From: an uncultured virus (IMG/VR IMGVR_UViG_3300002220_000624)
Taxonomy: Duplodnaviria > Heunggongvirae > Uroviricota > Caudoviricetes
Virus record (IMG/VR): IMGVR_UViG_3300002220_000624
Strand: one strand, 5' to 3'
Length of the DNA: 64,000 nucleotides
The position numbers and the translations under genes were made by a program. The notes below the pieces were generated by a model. The model was not told the DNA's origin, did not search any database, and worked only from the letters and a program-made list of their open reading frames with translations. This document shows, one piece after another, positions 10,743 through 20,764 of the stretch; position 1 is the stretch's first letter, and every line of letters begins with the position of its first letter.

Positions 10743-13181
10743 ATGAGCAGAAGGCGATGCTGTACAGATAAGACGTGTAAGATAGATAGCTTTGTCGGTG
10801 AACAGGAGATATTGTCTGATGAAATAAGGAGTGCTGAGCATCCACAGTATCCTTATCCATCTTGGATTGAAGCAGAAATAAAAGCAGAGGAATTTGACAC
10901 TGTTAAGATATTCATTGCGTGGAACAATGACGGTGACGATGGGCTGTATGCATCGTTTACAACTTCATCAGAAGATGGATCAATAACAGGCAGGCTAGAG
11001 TTATTCAGGAAAGATGGCTCTCAGTTAGGCTATACAAAACACCTTATATGCGCAAAGCCTAATTTGTGGCACAGAATCGTAGTATGCTATGATCCTGACA
11101 AAAATGAGTTTACGGCCTGCGTAGATGTAAGAGACGAGCGTGGCTTTATAATTAATGGCCAATGCGTAACAGCAGAGGTTCCGAGCGGATTTGTTGTCGG
11201 AAAAAATGCTGGATATGGCGGCGATGGATATATAAAGAATTACAAATATGAGAGGCTTTGGTACATAATAAATCTTTGTCCAGAAATATCAATTACAACA
11301 TTAAGCGAAGGAGACATACAGCCAGCGGAGTCATCGCAGCACGGATTTATCGTTAATACAGGGTCGCCGTGCTATGCGAACATTAACGTATTTCATCCTA
11401 TCACTGGATCATTCCTTGGTTTTTTTTCTTTTAATGATTCAGAATTCGATCAGTTTATAGCAAACGTAAATAGTCTACTATCTGTACATGAGCCGCATGG
11501 AGAAACGTGGACGGTATCTGGAAATTTATTACTAGACTTTTATGGAACAAATTCATCGCGATTTGAAGTAACAGCAACAAATGGTCTTGCAGATAGAGAG
11601 CTATTGACAGATTCATGGATTCAGGTTGAGTCAGGCAATTGCATATCTTTGGCCGGATACATACGAGGATCAGAGCCACCAGAAAATGAAAAGCAAGTAT
11701 TAACCATTAGATCTATTGGCTCGATAGGTGCATATAATAGCGATGCCGGTCTGTATACGCTGTCGTTCATGGATGAGACAACTGAGCCAATAAAAGCAAC
11801 CGCAAGTGCGGCAGAAATTGAACATGCACTAGAATCGCTAAATTCAATAGGGGAAGGCAATATATCAGTTACTGGCGGTCCAGTTTTTTATATAGAATTC
11901 ATTGGATCATTAGAAAAACAGAATGTAGATCAAATAGTCGCAACTCCTGCCGGTGGATGCTGCAATGAGTATTTTGACGATGACTACAGCGACTATGGCG
12001 ATATATGCGAAAGATCATATTGCCATAGATGCGGCTCAGATAAGTGTGTGATTGTAGAGGAAGATTTTTCCGGAATAGATGGTGACGAATCAAATCCAGG
12101 CGACATGCCTTGTGGATGGGGATCAAATGGAACTGATTGGGTTATAATAGATGGAAAAGCAAATGGGTCCGATACAATACACCATAGCATATCTGCGTCA
12201 GATGGCAACAGAATTGTGTCTGCTGTTTTTGAAGTTGATGCTTTAGATGAAATGCAGGAAAATGAAACAGTCAGTGTTGGGTTGTGTGGATACATTGTTC
12301 AGATTAAAAAATTGCAGCAGCAGTATATGTATGAATTTTCATCCGGAAGCGGATCTTTAGACCCCACTCCTGTTAATCTTTATTTTTCAATGCATAGACT
12401 GAAGTTAACTAGATGTCCAAAATCTGGATGCATAGAATTTACAGATGGATCTAGCGTCTTAACAAAAATAATGGGAATTCCATCTAGCAATTCAATATAT
12501 GTCAGTGATAAAGATGTTGTTAATGTGATTAGCTATACAATACATAAAGCAAAAAGCGAAGACATAAATTGCGAGCCTTGCCCATGTTCAGTAGTGTGCA
12601 ATAAGTGTGAAAACGGATACTGGCCATCATCAATATACATTGAAATATCAGATCTTGAAAGCAATCCTGATCTAACTCCTGGCGCACACATGCCGTGTCT
12701 TGATATAAATGAATTTAACTCTGGCTTCATAGTTGACTCTGGAGATTGTTCATCACTAATTAAAATTGAATACGATTCGTCTTGCATAAACTCGGCATGG
12801 AGAGCAGATTATTATACAGTTGGAGTTGGATTATTCTATTACAATGATTCAATATTTAGTTCAATATACACATCAAAATATGTTACGCTACCAGGTGTTG
12901 ATGTAGAGGTTGGTCATAAGTACTTGGTTGCATATCTTATCATTACATCAACCTATTTAGCAGGACCAGTGCGGCAACAATATCATTGGCACCAGTATTG
13001 GATGAAAGACATGGGAACAGGAACACAGAAGTGCCTAGAGTTCGATGAAGAGCTGGACTGGATAGGCTGGAGACAATCGCCAATGGGTCCATTATATATT
13101 AGACTGTGCGGTGGTGGGCTAGATCCATCATTAACATATCTAATTCCATCTCTGTCAAAGATCAGGGCTATTTCGGTATGA
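10743..13181 (+). CDS. Cys-rich multidomain putative tail/receptor-binding protein
   Basis: 812 aa. Contains EKQVLTI...YTLSF..ETT..I...ASAAEIEHALESL..IG.GNISVTGGP module and many CC/CxxC clusters. Confidence 0.55.
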   Translation: MSRRRCCTDKTCKIDSFVGEQEILSDEIRSAEHPQYPYPSWIEAEIKAEEFDTVKIFIAWNNDGDDGLYASFTTSSEDGSITGRLELFRKDGSQLGYTKHLICAKPNLWHRIVVCYDPDKNEFTACVDVRDERGFIINGQCVTAEVPSGFVVGKNAGYGGDGYIKNYKYERLWYIINLCPEISITTLSEGDIQPAESSQHGFIVNTGSPCYANINVFHPITGSFLGFFSFNDSEFDQFIANVNSLLSVHEPHGETWTVSGNLLLDFYGTNSSRFEVTATNGLADRELLTDSWIQVESGNCISLAGYIRGSEPPENEKQVLTIRSIGSIGAYNSDAGLYTLSFMDETTEPIKATASAAEIEHALESLNSIGEGNISVTGGPVFYIEFIGSLEKQNVDQIVATPAGGCCNEYFDDDYSDYGDICERSYCHRCGSDKCVIVEEDFSGIDGDESNPGDMPCGWGSNGTDWVIIDGKANGSDTIHHSISASDGNRIVSAVFEVDALDEMQENETVSVGLCGYIVQIKKLQQQYMYEFSSGSGSLDPTPVNLYFSMHRLKLTRCPKSGCIEFTDGSSVLTKIMGIPSSNSIYVSDKDVVNVISYTIHKAKSEDINCEPCPCSVVCNKCENGYWPSSIYIEISDLESNPDLTPGAHMPCLDINEFNSGFIVDSGDCSSLIKIEYDSSCINSAWRADYYTVGVGLFYYNDSIFSSIYTSKYVTLPGVDVEVGHKYLVAYLIITSTYLAGPVRQQYHWHQYWMKDMGTGTQKCLEFDEELDWIGWRQSPMGPLYIRLCGGGLDPSLTYLIPSLSKIRAISV

Positions 13182-14533
13182 CAAATTTATGTAATTTTAT
13201 AAAGATAAGCAGTTTGTATAGGTGCAGTAAATGCGGATTTACTGTTGGAGTGAATGTAAAAAAACCGCCAAAAAGATTGTGCGACATAATTAGCAACGAA
13301 ACACTTGCAATAAGCAAAGCAGTTGACTATTCATGGCTAATGTGCAAATACAGAAGCAAGCCGATTAACACTGTTAATGGAGCTACTGCTGGGTGCGGGT
13401 GCCAATCAACAACTGTAGAGGTTTATAATTGCAACTACTTTAATGAGACAGTGCTGAAGCAAGCTGCTGATAGGTGCTTAGATAAAATAAAATCAATACA
13501 TAATTCATACACAGGTAGAACTTGCAGGAACTGCCAGATGTATAAACACGATGATAAACTCCGCATTTTGCATTTTACATTTAGAGAAAACTGGCAAGAC
13601 CTTGCAAGGAGAAGCGAGTTTGCACTGTCTCAGAATGGAATGCAGTCACATAGCATTGAATTAGTAAGACCGAGTGCTGCAGAAATAGAAAATGCAATAC
13701 AGCATTATCGCCCATCGGTTGCAATAAACCACGGATTTAATGTTAGATACTCAGAGTTTATTAAGATCGCAAGAAGACATGAAAATATAAAGTTTATAGT
13801 AATAGATCACTCAAACCAAAATCACACACTGACGTGGCCGAGCTATTTCACAGATGAAAAAGTAGTATTAAATGCAACCAACGAGCTTAACAATTTATGG
13901 TATGCAAGCCCAGATTCGTTTTGTCCTTGGAACAATCTTGGATATAATAAGTTTTTTCATTGGCCAAACCCGGTGTATATAAACAAAGACTGGGAACAGG
14001 TGCCGATTCACAGAACGCCATCTATAGCAATAGCAGGAAGAACAGACTGGATGAAAGCATTTCCTGTACAGGTTGCAGCTTGTGCGATTGTTCAGAAGAA
14101 AAGAGAGCTTAAGGTATTTTTTGTGTTTAGAGACTCAGAGGATCGACAAAGAGGATTGAGGGAACACGCTAGGGCCTGTAGGCTTGAGTTTGATTTGCAC
14201 CCTTGGGGCGACACTGATAGCTGGGAAAGATTTTTAGCTAACGACATAGACTTAGTTTGTCAGTCAACTTTTTCTGATTCGTTTAATTACATATCAATAG
14301 ACGCTGCATCTCTTGGCAAGCCGTTTATAGGTTCACATGCAATATTGCACACTCCGAAAGAATGGCTTGTAACAAATCCAAACGACACATTTGAAGTTGC
14401 AGAAAAAATAGAATTCATTCTCGATAACTACAGTACAGAGTCATTAAAGGCGAGAAGAATCGCCGAAGATGTTGCACAAAGAAATAATAAGATGTATGCA
14501 ACTAAAATGAAAGAAATTCAAGCATATTCTTAG
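13178..14533 (+). CDS. Cys-rich N-terminus fused to GT-B (GT4-like) glycosyltransferase
   Basis: Likely ATG at 13178. C-terminal GRTDWMK...DLVCQSTFSDSFNYISIDAASLGKPFIGS matches the GT-B E-x7-E-like region. Confidence 0.65.
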   Translation: MTNLCNFIKISSLYRCSKCGFTVGVNVKKPPKRLCDIISNETLAISKAVDYSWLMCKYRSKPINTVNGATAGCGCQSTTVEVYNCNYFNETVLKQAADRCLDKIKSIHNSYTGRTCRNCQMYKHDDKLRILHFTFRENWQDLARRSEFALSQNGMQSHSIELVRPSAAEIENAIQHYRPSVAINHGFNVRYSEFIKIARRHENIKFIVIDHSNQNHTLTWPSYFTDEKVVLNATNELNNLWYASPDSFCPWNNLGYNKFFHWPNPVYINKDWEQVPIHRTPSIAIAGRTDWMKAFPVQVAACAIVQKKRELKVFFVFRDSEDRQRGLREHARACRLEFDLHPWGDTDSWERFLANDIDLVCQSTFSDSFNYISIDAASLGKPFIGSHAILHTPKEWLVTNPNDTFEVAEKIEFILDNYSTESLKARRIAEDVAQRNNKMYATKMKEIQAYS

Positions 14534-14546
14534 AAAGAAGGATACA

Positions 14547-16862
14547 ATGGCCAGCAATCTTGTTGCAATCTGTGCATACTTCAATTTAGATAATAACGAA
14601 GCTAGGCTTAGAAATTATAAGCAATTTTATGAACATATTACAGAGGTACAAGGAATCCCTCTATATACAATAGAGGGATACAAAGATGCTCCACAAGTAT
14701 CGTCATTTCAGAATACAATAAGCATTAAATGTAGTTCTGTTGTTTGGCAGAAGGAAAGGTTGCTGAACATACTGTTGTCGCAACTTCCTAGTGAATACGA
14801 TTCAGTAGCGTGGGTTGACTGTGATGTAACGTGGAAAGGAAAGAACATTAAAAAAGAGATTGAAAAAGAGCTTAATACATTTAAAATACTGCAACCCTGG
14901 TCAAAATGCAACATGATTGGCAGTAACGGCAGGGCAATGCTGTGGCCTGGAAGAAATGCGATATTATCAACTGCTTTTTGTAGTGCATCACATGGAAGGC
15001 TTGGAAAATTTCGCATAAATCCAAACATGAGCCATCCTGGTTTTGCATGGGCTGCAAGACGAGATGTAATTGACAGTGTTAAGTTTTATGATGCTCTGGT
15101 TACGGGCGCAGGTGACATAGTAATGTGCCTTGGTTTCTTTGGTGACTTTGAATCGAAGTTTCTTAAGTCAGAAAGAATGTCTCATTACATGCTTGACCAT
15201 TGGAACAAATGGGCGAAAAATGCTAATGAAGTCATTGGTGGTAATATTTCTTTTGTTGAAGAAGAGATATATCACATGTATCATGGTGAATTAAAAGACA
15301 GGAGATATACAAAAAGATGGCGGTCTTTAGCAGAGCTTGGATATAATCCATATACAGATATAAAACAAGATGAATGTTCACCAATTGACTGGTCGGATAC
15401 AGCAAGTAAAGAATTGAAAGAATCTGTTAAGGACTACATTAACACAAAGCAGTTTATGAAGCCAGCTAGAGTTGTTAACACTGTTAAGGATCGCAATAAT
15501 GAATTGCTAATTAGTGATTTAAAAAGAAGATGGGGTCTAAAATATAATCCAAACAACTGTAGTGCATCTGCCGACTCAGTGACACTTGCATGCGTAGACT
15601 GCGTAGACCCAGATCTTGCAGTTGCTGCACTTGATATGTCAAGAAAAGGATGCGTATTTGCAAGGACTCTTCTCTTGTCGGATAGATCTCCAGTTTATAT
15701 ACCTGATGGAATTGATTTTGTTCAGATTCCAAGCCTCAACTTGCATGATTATCAAGTTTTTTGCCTAAAGGATTTATGGAAGTATGTTTATACTAATCAT
15801 GTCCTAAGTATAGAATCAGACGGTTGGGTAATAAAGCCAGAAAACTGGAATAACGAATGGCTGAAATATGATTACATAGGAGCACCGTGGCGTGCTGCAA
15901 AGCATTCGTCTAAAACTAGAGTCGGTAACTCAGGATGTTGCCTTAGAAGCAGAAAGCTGATGCAGCTTACTGATATTTTGTCAACAGACGATAAGATGCT
16001 AAGGCACTTATACAACAATCTGTCTGTTGATGTGTTTACATGTTACGACTTATATGATGATCTTGTTTCTTCTGGTATTATTTTTGCACCACCAAATATT
16101 GCGGCAGAGTTCTCGGTGGAAGACGAAACTGAATTCTGTTCCACAATTGACTCGTGTTTTGGATACCACGGAAAGAGTCATTTACCGACTCAGTTTCTTA
16201 TTAACAGTGTTAAAAATGCATACAGGAATGGAAAAATAAGAGTAATTTACAATAAGTATAAAGTCGATGACGATAAAAGACAGCAAGAATTAGATCTATG
16301 CTTTAAAATGCTGTCAGATAATGCAAACATACATGAGGTTGTTGTTATAGACGGAAGGCCAAGCTTTGATGATCTTTTTAGGATAGGCAGCGAACGAGCT
16401 GAATACAATGATGTAACAGTTGTTATAAACTCAGATTGCTACATAACAAAGGAAACCACCAGATCTCTGCTAGAAATAAAAAGCGATGAATTTTGGTGCT
16501 TAACTAGGCATGAAAACGACAACGGAAAATGGGTTTTATGGGACGTTCCGTATTCTCAGGATGCATGGGCATGGAGAGGGAAATCAAAAATAAGTGGTGC
16601 AGATTTTCTTCCAGGAACTGTTGGGTGCGACAGTAAACTGGCATATCTTGCCACTAAAGCTGAATATAATGTAAAAAATCCATCAAAAAGCTTGATTCTT
16701 TGCCATGTTCACAGTGGTGAGCAAAGAACAATGCTTAAGAGATTGCAGGGTACATACGTATTTATTTACCCACACAGCATAGACAAAGACCCAGTTTGGA
16801 AATTTGTTGATAGCAAGAGATGTCCGCCGCATCCAGCAGTATGGAAGGGGAATAAGCGATGA
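14547..16862 (+). CDS. multi-domain glycosyltransferase-like protein (three GT-A-like modules)
   Basis: WQKERLLN..VAWVDCD (module 1); HVLSIESDGWV..YDYIGAPW..VGNSG..LRS (DUF5672-like module 2); VINSDCY..SQDAW..GCDSKLA (module 3). Confidence 0.7.
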   Translation: MASNLVAICAYFNLDNNEARLRNYKQFYEHITEVQGIPLYTIEGYKDAPQVSSFQNTISIKCSSVVWQKERLLNILLSQLPSEYDSVAWVDCDVTWKGKNIKKEIEKELNTFKILQPWSKCNMIGSNGRAMLWPGRNAILSTAFCSASHGRLGKFRINPNMSHPGFAWAARRDVIDSVKFYDALVTGAGDIVMCLGFFGDFESKFLKSERMSHYMLDHWNKWAKNANEVIGGNISFVEEEIYHMYHGELKDRRYTKRWRSLAELGYNPYTDIKQDECSPIDWSDTASKELKESVKDYINTKQFMKPARVVNTVKDRNNELLISDLKRRWGLKYNPNNCSASADSVTLACVDCVDPDLAVAALDMSRKGCVFARTLLLSDRSPVYIPDGIDFVQIPSLNLHDYQVFCLKDLWKYVYTNHVLSIESDGWVIKPENWNNEWLKYDYIGAPWRAAKHSSKTRVGNSGCCLRSRKLMQLTDILSTDDKMLRHLYNNLSVDVFTCYDLYDDLVSSGIIFAPPNIAAEFSVEDETEFCSTIDSCFGYHGKSHLPTQFLINSVKNAYRNGKIRVIYNKYKVDDDKRQQELDLCFKMLSDNANIHEVVVIDGRPSFDDLFRIGSERAEYNDVTVVINSDCYITKETTRSLLEIKSDEFWCLTRHENDNGKWVLWDVPYSQDAWAWRGKSKISGADFLPGTVGCDSKLAYLATKAEYNVKNPSKSLILCHVHSGEQRTMLKRLQGTYVFIYPHSIDKDPVWKFVDSKRCPPHPAVWKGNKR

Positions 16863-17437
16863 GCAGAAAATTTACGCTAGGTGATTGGGTTTCCACAAAA
16901 ACGGAAAACTGGACTAATTGGTTATCTCAGTACGCATCAGTTCCTTCGGTACACGCACTAGAAATAGGATCTTGCGAAGGAAGATCAACATGCTGGTTCA
17001 TTGATAATATATTAACCGGACGAGATTCGTTCATCACATGCGTAGACCCCTGGGTTCCGCCGTATTCAGGTGAGCATATATATAAGATATTCAAGAACAA
17101 CATAAGCGGATTAAGAGTTAATGTAATGAAAGAAACTTCTTATTCTGCACTTCCAAAACTGATGAATATAGATTCAAGATTTGATTTTATATACGTTGAT
17201 GGAGATCATGAAGCAAGAGTTTTAATGTTTGATTTGTGTGCATCATTTGAAATGCTGAAAAATGGCGGGGTTATGATAATAGATGATTATGACTGGTGTG
17301 ACGAGAGTGTAAAAATCCCTCCAAGGCCAGCAATTGATTCATGGCTCTATATGAATAAAAATGTAATCAAAAAATCACTAATAACTGACAAGATTAACAA
17401 ACCAGAATATGTTCAGCAAGCTGTGGTTTGGAAATGA
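16859..17437 (+). CDS. class I SAM-dependent methyltransferase (Methyltransf_24-like)
   Basis: ALEIGSCEGRS, CVDPW, FDFIYVDGDH, LKNGGVMIIDDY. Confidence 0.85.
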   Translation: MSRKFTLGDWVSTKTENWTNWLSQYASVPSVHALEIGSCEGRSTCWFIDNILTGRDSFITCVDPWVPPYSGEHIYKIFKNNISGLRVNVMKETSYSALPKLMNIDSRFDFIYVDGDHEARVLMFDLCASFEMLKNGGVMIIDDYDWCDESVKIPPRPAIDSWLYMNKNVIKKSLITDKINKPEYVQQAVVWK

Positions 17438-18120
17438 GATACATCCTAATTGCAAGTAGACCAAGATGCGGAACTCATTTCTTAAAAACAAAGCTTGGGA
17501 CGTGCGACAACGCATTTTACATACCAGAAGAAGCATTCAATAATGAATCAAGAGGGCTTCCTGGATTCTGGGACGGAGAATCCGACCCTAGTGAATGGGT
17601 CAGAAACCAGTATTGTTATGGAAAGGATTTGTGTGCATTCGTTTCACATCCAGGACACCTAGAAAGCGATGAAAGAGTAATACCTAGTGTTGGTAAAATT
17701 ATAACAGAAGTGATAGTACTGTACAGAAGGGATATATTAGCGCAGTACATCAGTAACTCACTAGCGTATATTAATAACGACTACGATTCATCAATTCAGT
17801 CACAAGATACATTTGGAACAATTAAAGTGGATAAAAATCATTTTATTAAATGGTTCTACGATTATATATATCCATCAATAATAACAGACATTGAAAGATG
17901 GTGCGGATTTGATCGTAAGTTTCTCGCATACGAAGATATATCGAATCGCTTTGGACGTGTAGCGTCATGGTTAAGCCTTGACCCAAAAACTTCAAAGACA
18001 GAAACCTCAAAAAAAGAAAAGCGAAACCTTAGTGATGTTGTATTGAATTATCAAGAGGCTAGGTCGTGGTCTTTAGATATGTTAATAAATGAATCAATCA
18101 TAGGAATGCATGATGCGTAA
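17434..18120 (+). CDS. sulfotransferase-like protein (Stf0-like)
   Basis: SRPRCGTHFL (5'-PSB-like), LYRRDILAQYISNSLA (3'-PB-like), YEDI. Confidence 0.65.
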   Translation: MRYILIASRPRCGTHFLKTKLGTCDNAFYIPEEAFNNESRGLPGFWDGESDPSEWVRNQYCYGKDLCAFVSHPGHLESDERVIPSVGKIITEVIVLYRRDILAQYISNSLAYINNDYDSSIQSQDTFGTIKVDKNHFIKWFYDYIYPSIITDIERWCGFDRKFLAYEDISNRFGRVASWLSLDPKTSKTETSKKEKRNLSDVVLNYQEARSWSLDMLINESIIGMHDA

Positions 18121-19096
18121 AGTTGTTGTCGCTGGTGCTGGTGGATTTATTGGCGGTCACTTGGTTCGCAGATTGATTGATCTTGGATATTCAGTAAGAG
18201 CTGTTGATATAAAAAATATTGAAGATTAGTGGCAAACTAACATTGATGCAGAAAACATACCAGAGTGCGACTTATCAAAAGTAGAAAATTGCCTCAGAGT
18301 ATGCGTCGGAATGGATGATGTGTATCAGCTTGCGTGTAACATGGGAGGAATTGGTTTTATTGAAAACTTCAAAGCAGCGTGCATGGAGTCTGTGCTTATA
18401 AACACGCACATGCTAATATCTGCTAGGGAAAACTGTATACAGAAATACTTTTATTCTTCATCGGCGTGTGTGTATGCAGCAAATAAACAGTGTCAAGTAT
18501 CAATGCCTGCATTGAAAGAAGAAGATGCATATCCAGCAATGGCTGAAGATGGATATGGATGGGAAAAGTTATTTTCAGAGAGAATGTGCAGACACTTCAT
18601 GGAAGACTATGGGTTACAATGCAGAGTTGCTCGCTTCCACAACAGCTTTGGACCTTATGGGTCTTATAAAGGCGGGAGAGAAAAGGCACCTGCTGCTATA
18701 TGCAGAAAGATAGCAGAAGCAAAGCTAACAGGAAACCATGTGATTGATGTGTGGGGTGATGGAACCAGAACGAGATCTTTCATGTGGATAGATGATAACA
18801 TAGATGGGATCATCAAAATCATGGATTCAGATATAATAGAGCCAATAAATCTAGGGTCGTCAAATGCAGTAACCATAAATTACCTTATTGATCTTGTAGA
18901 GTGTATTGCTGGAATAAAAGTGGAAAGATTATATGATCTGTCAAAGCCGCAGGGAGTTATTGGAAGGAACAGCGACAATACAAAAATACTGCAACTTCTC
19001 GATTGGGAGCCACGCTCATCACTGATGTACGGGCTAGAAAAAACATATGAATAGATTGAAAATCAAGTAGCAAATGACATGGGACATGGAAATTAA
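18110..19096 (+). pseudogene. NAD-dependent epimerase (GDP-mannose 3,5-epimerase-like) with two in-frame TAG codons (18227-18229, 19052-19054); pseudogene or recoded gene
   Basis: MMRKVVVAGAGGFIGGHL Rossmann start is in frame with the 18311 ORF. Also LACNMGGIGFI, SSSACVY, YGWEK, REKAPAAICRK, WGDG..TRSF. Reading through both TAGs gives 328 aa ending at TAA 19094-19096. Confidence 0.85.
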
Positions 19097-19568
19097 CATT
19101 GTTAATGAAGACGAAGTATTCAATGGAGGACTATGTTGGTACGAACCAACTGGAATAGAAAATGAGTATATTTGTGTGTCATGTAAGAGGGTAATTACAA
19201 GCAAAGCAAAAGATCCTCTTCTGATACACCACCCATGTCAGGTTAAGAAAACAAGGCAAGAGATACTAAAAGACAATAACATAAAACTTCCAAGTATAGT
19301 TACAAGGCTTGGTAATTTTGGAATAGCATATATTAAGCACATACTTAAAGGAAATGAAGCCTGCACTGACAATGAAATAGCAGAAAGATTTTCGATCTGC
19401 AATGCACCTGGGCTAGATCCGCTATCGAAAAAGCAACCGTGTATTTATTACAGCAAAGATGACGGCGTATGCCTTGAGTGTGGCTGTAATGTTAATTTAA
19501 TGCGAGCTGATGTTGGGCTTAATAAACTTTCTTGGAAAGACAGTAAATGCTCGAAAGGTTTTTGGTAA
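19074..19568 (+). CDS. Cys-rich hypothetical protein
   Basis: CxxC, CLECGC, C-terminal C..GFW. Confidence 0.6.
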   Translation: MTWDMEINIVNEDEVFNGGLCWYEPTGIENEYICVSCKRVITSKAKDPLLIHHPCQVKKTRQEILKDNNIKLPSIVTRLGNFGIAYIKHILKGNEACTDNEIAERFSICNAPGLDPLSKKQPCIYYSKDDGVCLECGCNVNLMRADVGLNKLSWKDSKCSKGFW

Positions 19569-19630
19569 AATAAACGATAACGTTAGAAAGAAAAGTTAAC
19601 AATGTCAATATCTTAAAGCAATATCTAAGG

Positions 19631-20035
19631 GTGACACAAATGAGCGAAAATTCTATTCTTACAGCTTTTGCTAGCAACGTTGCTGATCGCATGGCTAGTG
19701 AATCAAATATGAAGGGCAATGCAAAAGCAGGGTTTATTGAAGTGCTTATTCCTGCTCTACTGCCAACTGTAATTGATCTTATCAGAAAATGCTTTGAAAA
19801 CAAAAACCAGTTGAAATCGTTCTGCAAAAGTGGCGGAAATCTACTCCAAAAAGCATCCCTTCGCATTCAGTGCAATGAAGTTATTCGCGAAGCGAACCAG
19901 AGATGGATTGGCGCTAGGTCAGAAGGGAAAAGGCTCTACAATGCAATGATGGCTGAGATCGAATCAATGCAAAGCAATGACCTTAGTGACGATGTTTATG
20001 AGCAGATAATGCAAGAAGCAACATTGGGAATTTAG
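19631..20035 (+). CDS. hypothetical protein
   Basis: 134-aa ORF with a short hydrophobic segment. Confidence 0.55.
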   Translation: MTQMSENSILTAFASNVADRMASESNMKGNAKAGFIEVLIPALLPTVIDLIRKCFENKNQLKSFCKSGGNLLQKASLRIQCNEVIREANQRWIGARSEGKRLYNAMMAEIESMQSNDLSDDVYEQIMQEATLGI

Positions 20036-20063
20036 GTTAACGCTGTTAATAAACGGAGGTCTT

Positions 20064-20762
20064 GTGATGATTAAAAAAGTTTTCATTGTAGCGATCATGG
20101 CTATGGTCGCTGCAACTAATGGTTTTTGCCAACAGCCTCCTACAGCAATAATCACTGGACCGAAAGTTGCTGACGCTGGCGATTTGATTGTTCTTGACGC
20201 AAGCGCAAGTACTGGTAGTTCAAGACTGTGGATTCAGGCTGTTGCGCCAACTCCAAAGTCTTTCTTGCCGGTTGACAATGGCGTAAGGTGCGTATTTGCA
20301 ACAGGAACTCCTGGAAGATATGTCTTTGTACTGGTTGTTGCCGGTACTGGACCAAACGGAAATGCTCTTGCAGAAATCGCGACACATGAAATAGTCGTAT
20401 CTGGAGGCACGGCTCCGTCGGACCCTACGAATCCGCAGCAGCCACCGAACCAAACACCACCAATATCGAAGAAAGCGACGAAAGTAACATACGTTTACGA
20501 GAAGGACAGCAACCAAGTCCCCAGAGAAGTGTCGGCAGCGCTTCAAGCACTCAACGAAGGTGGTTTAATCGTCGCAAGTGAGTTCGAGAAAGATACGGTA
20601 TCAGGAAGCAATCAAGTGCCAGTGCAGTATAGAGTTGCACTAGAGCATGCCATGAGTGTTGGGCTTCCAGCGCTGATCGTGCAGTCTGGAGAAGAAGTTA
20701 TTAACACTGTTAAGTCTCCAAAAACAATCGAAGATGTAATGACAGCAGTTAAAGGAGGCTAA
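20064..20762 (+). CDS. exported protein with PKD-like domain
   Basis: Signal peptide MIKKVFIVAIMAMVAA; PTAIITGP...LIVLDASAS...PGRYVFVLVV; Pro-rich linker. Confidence 0.6.
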   Translation: MMIKKVFIVAIMAMVAATNGFCQQPPTAIITGPKVADAGDLIVLDASASTGSSRLWIQAVAPTPKSFLPVDNGVRCVFATGTPGRYVFVLVVAGTGPNGNALAEIATHEIVVSGGTAPSDPTNPQQPPNQTPPISKKATKVTYVYEKDSNQVPREVSAALQALNEGGLIVASEFEKDTVSGSNQVPVQYRVALEHAMSVGLPALIVQSGEEVINTVKSPKTIEDVMTAVKGG

Positions 20763-20764
20763 CA

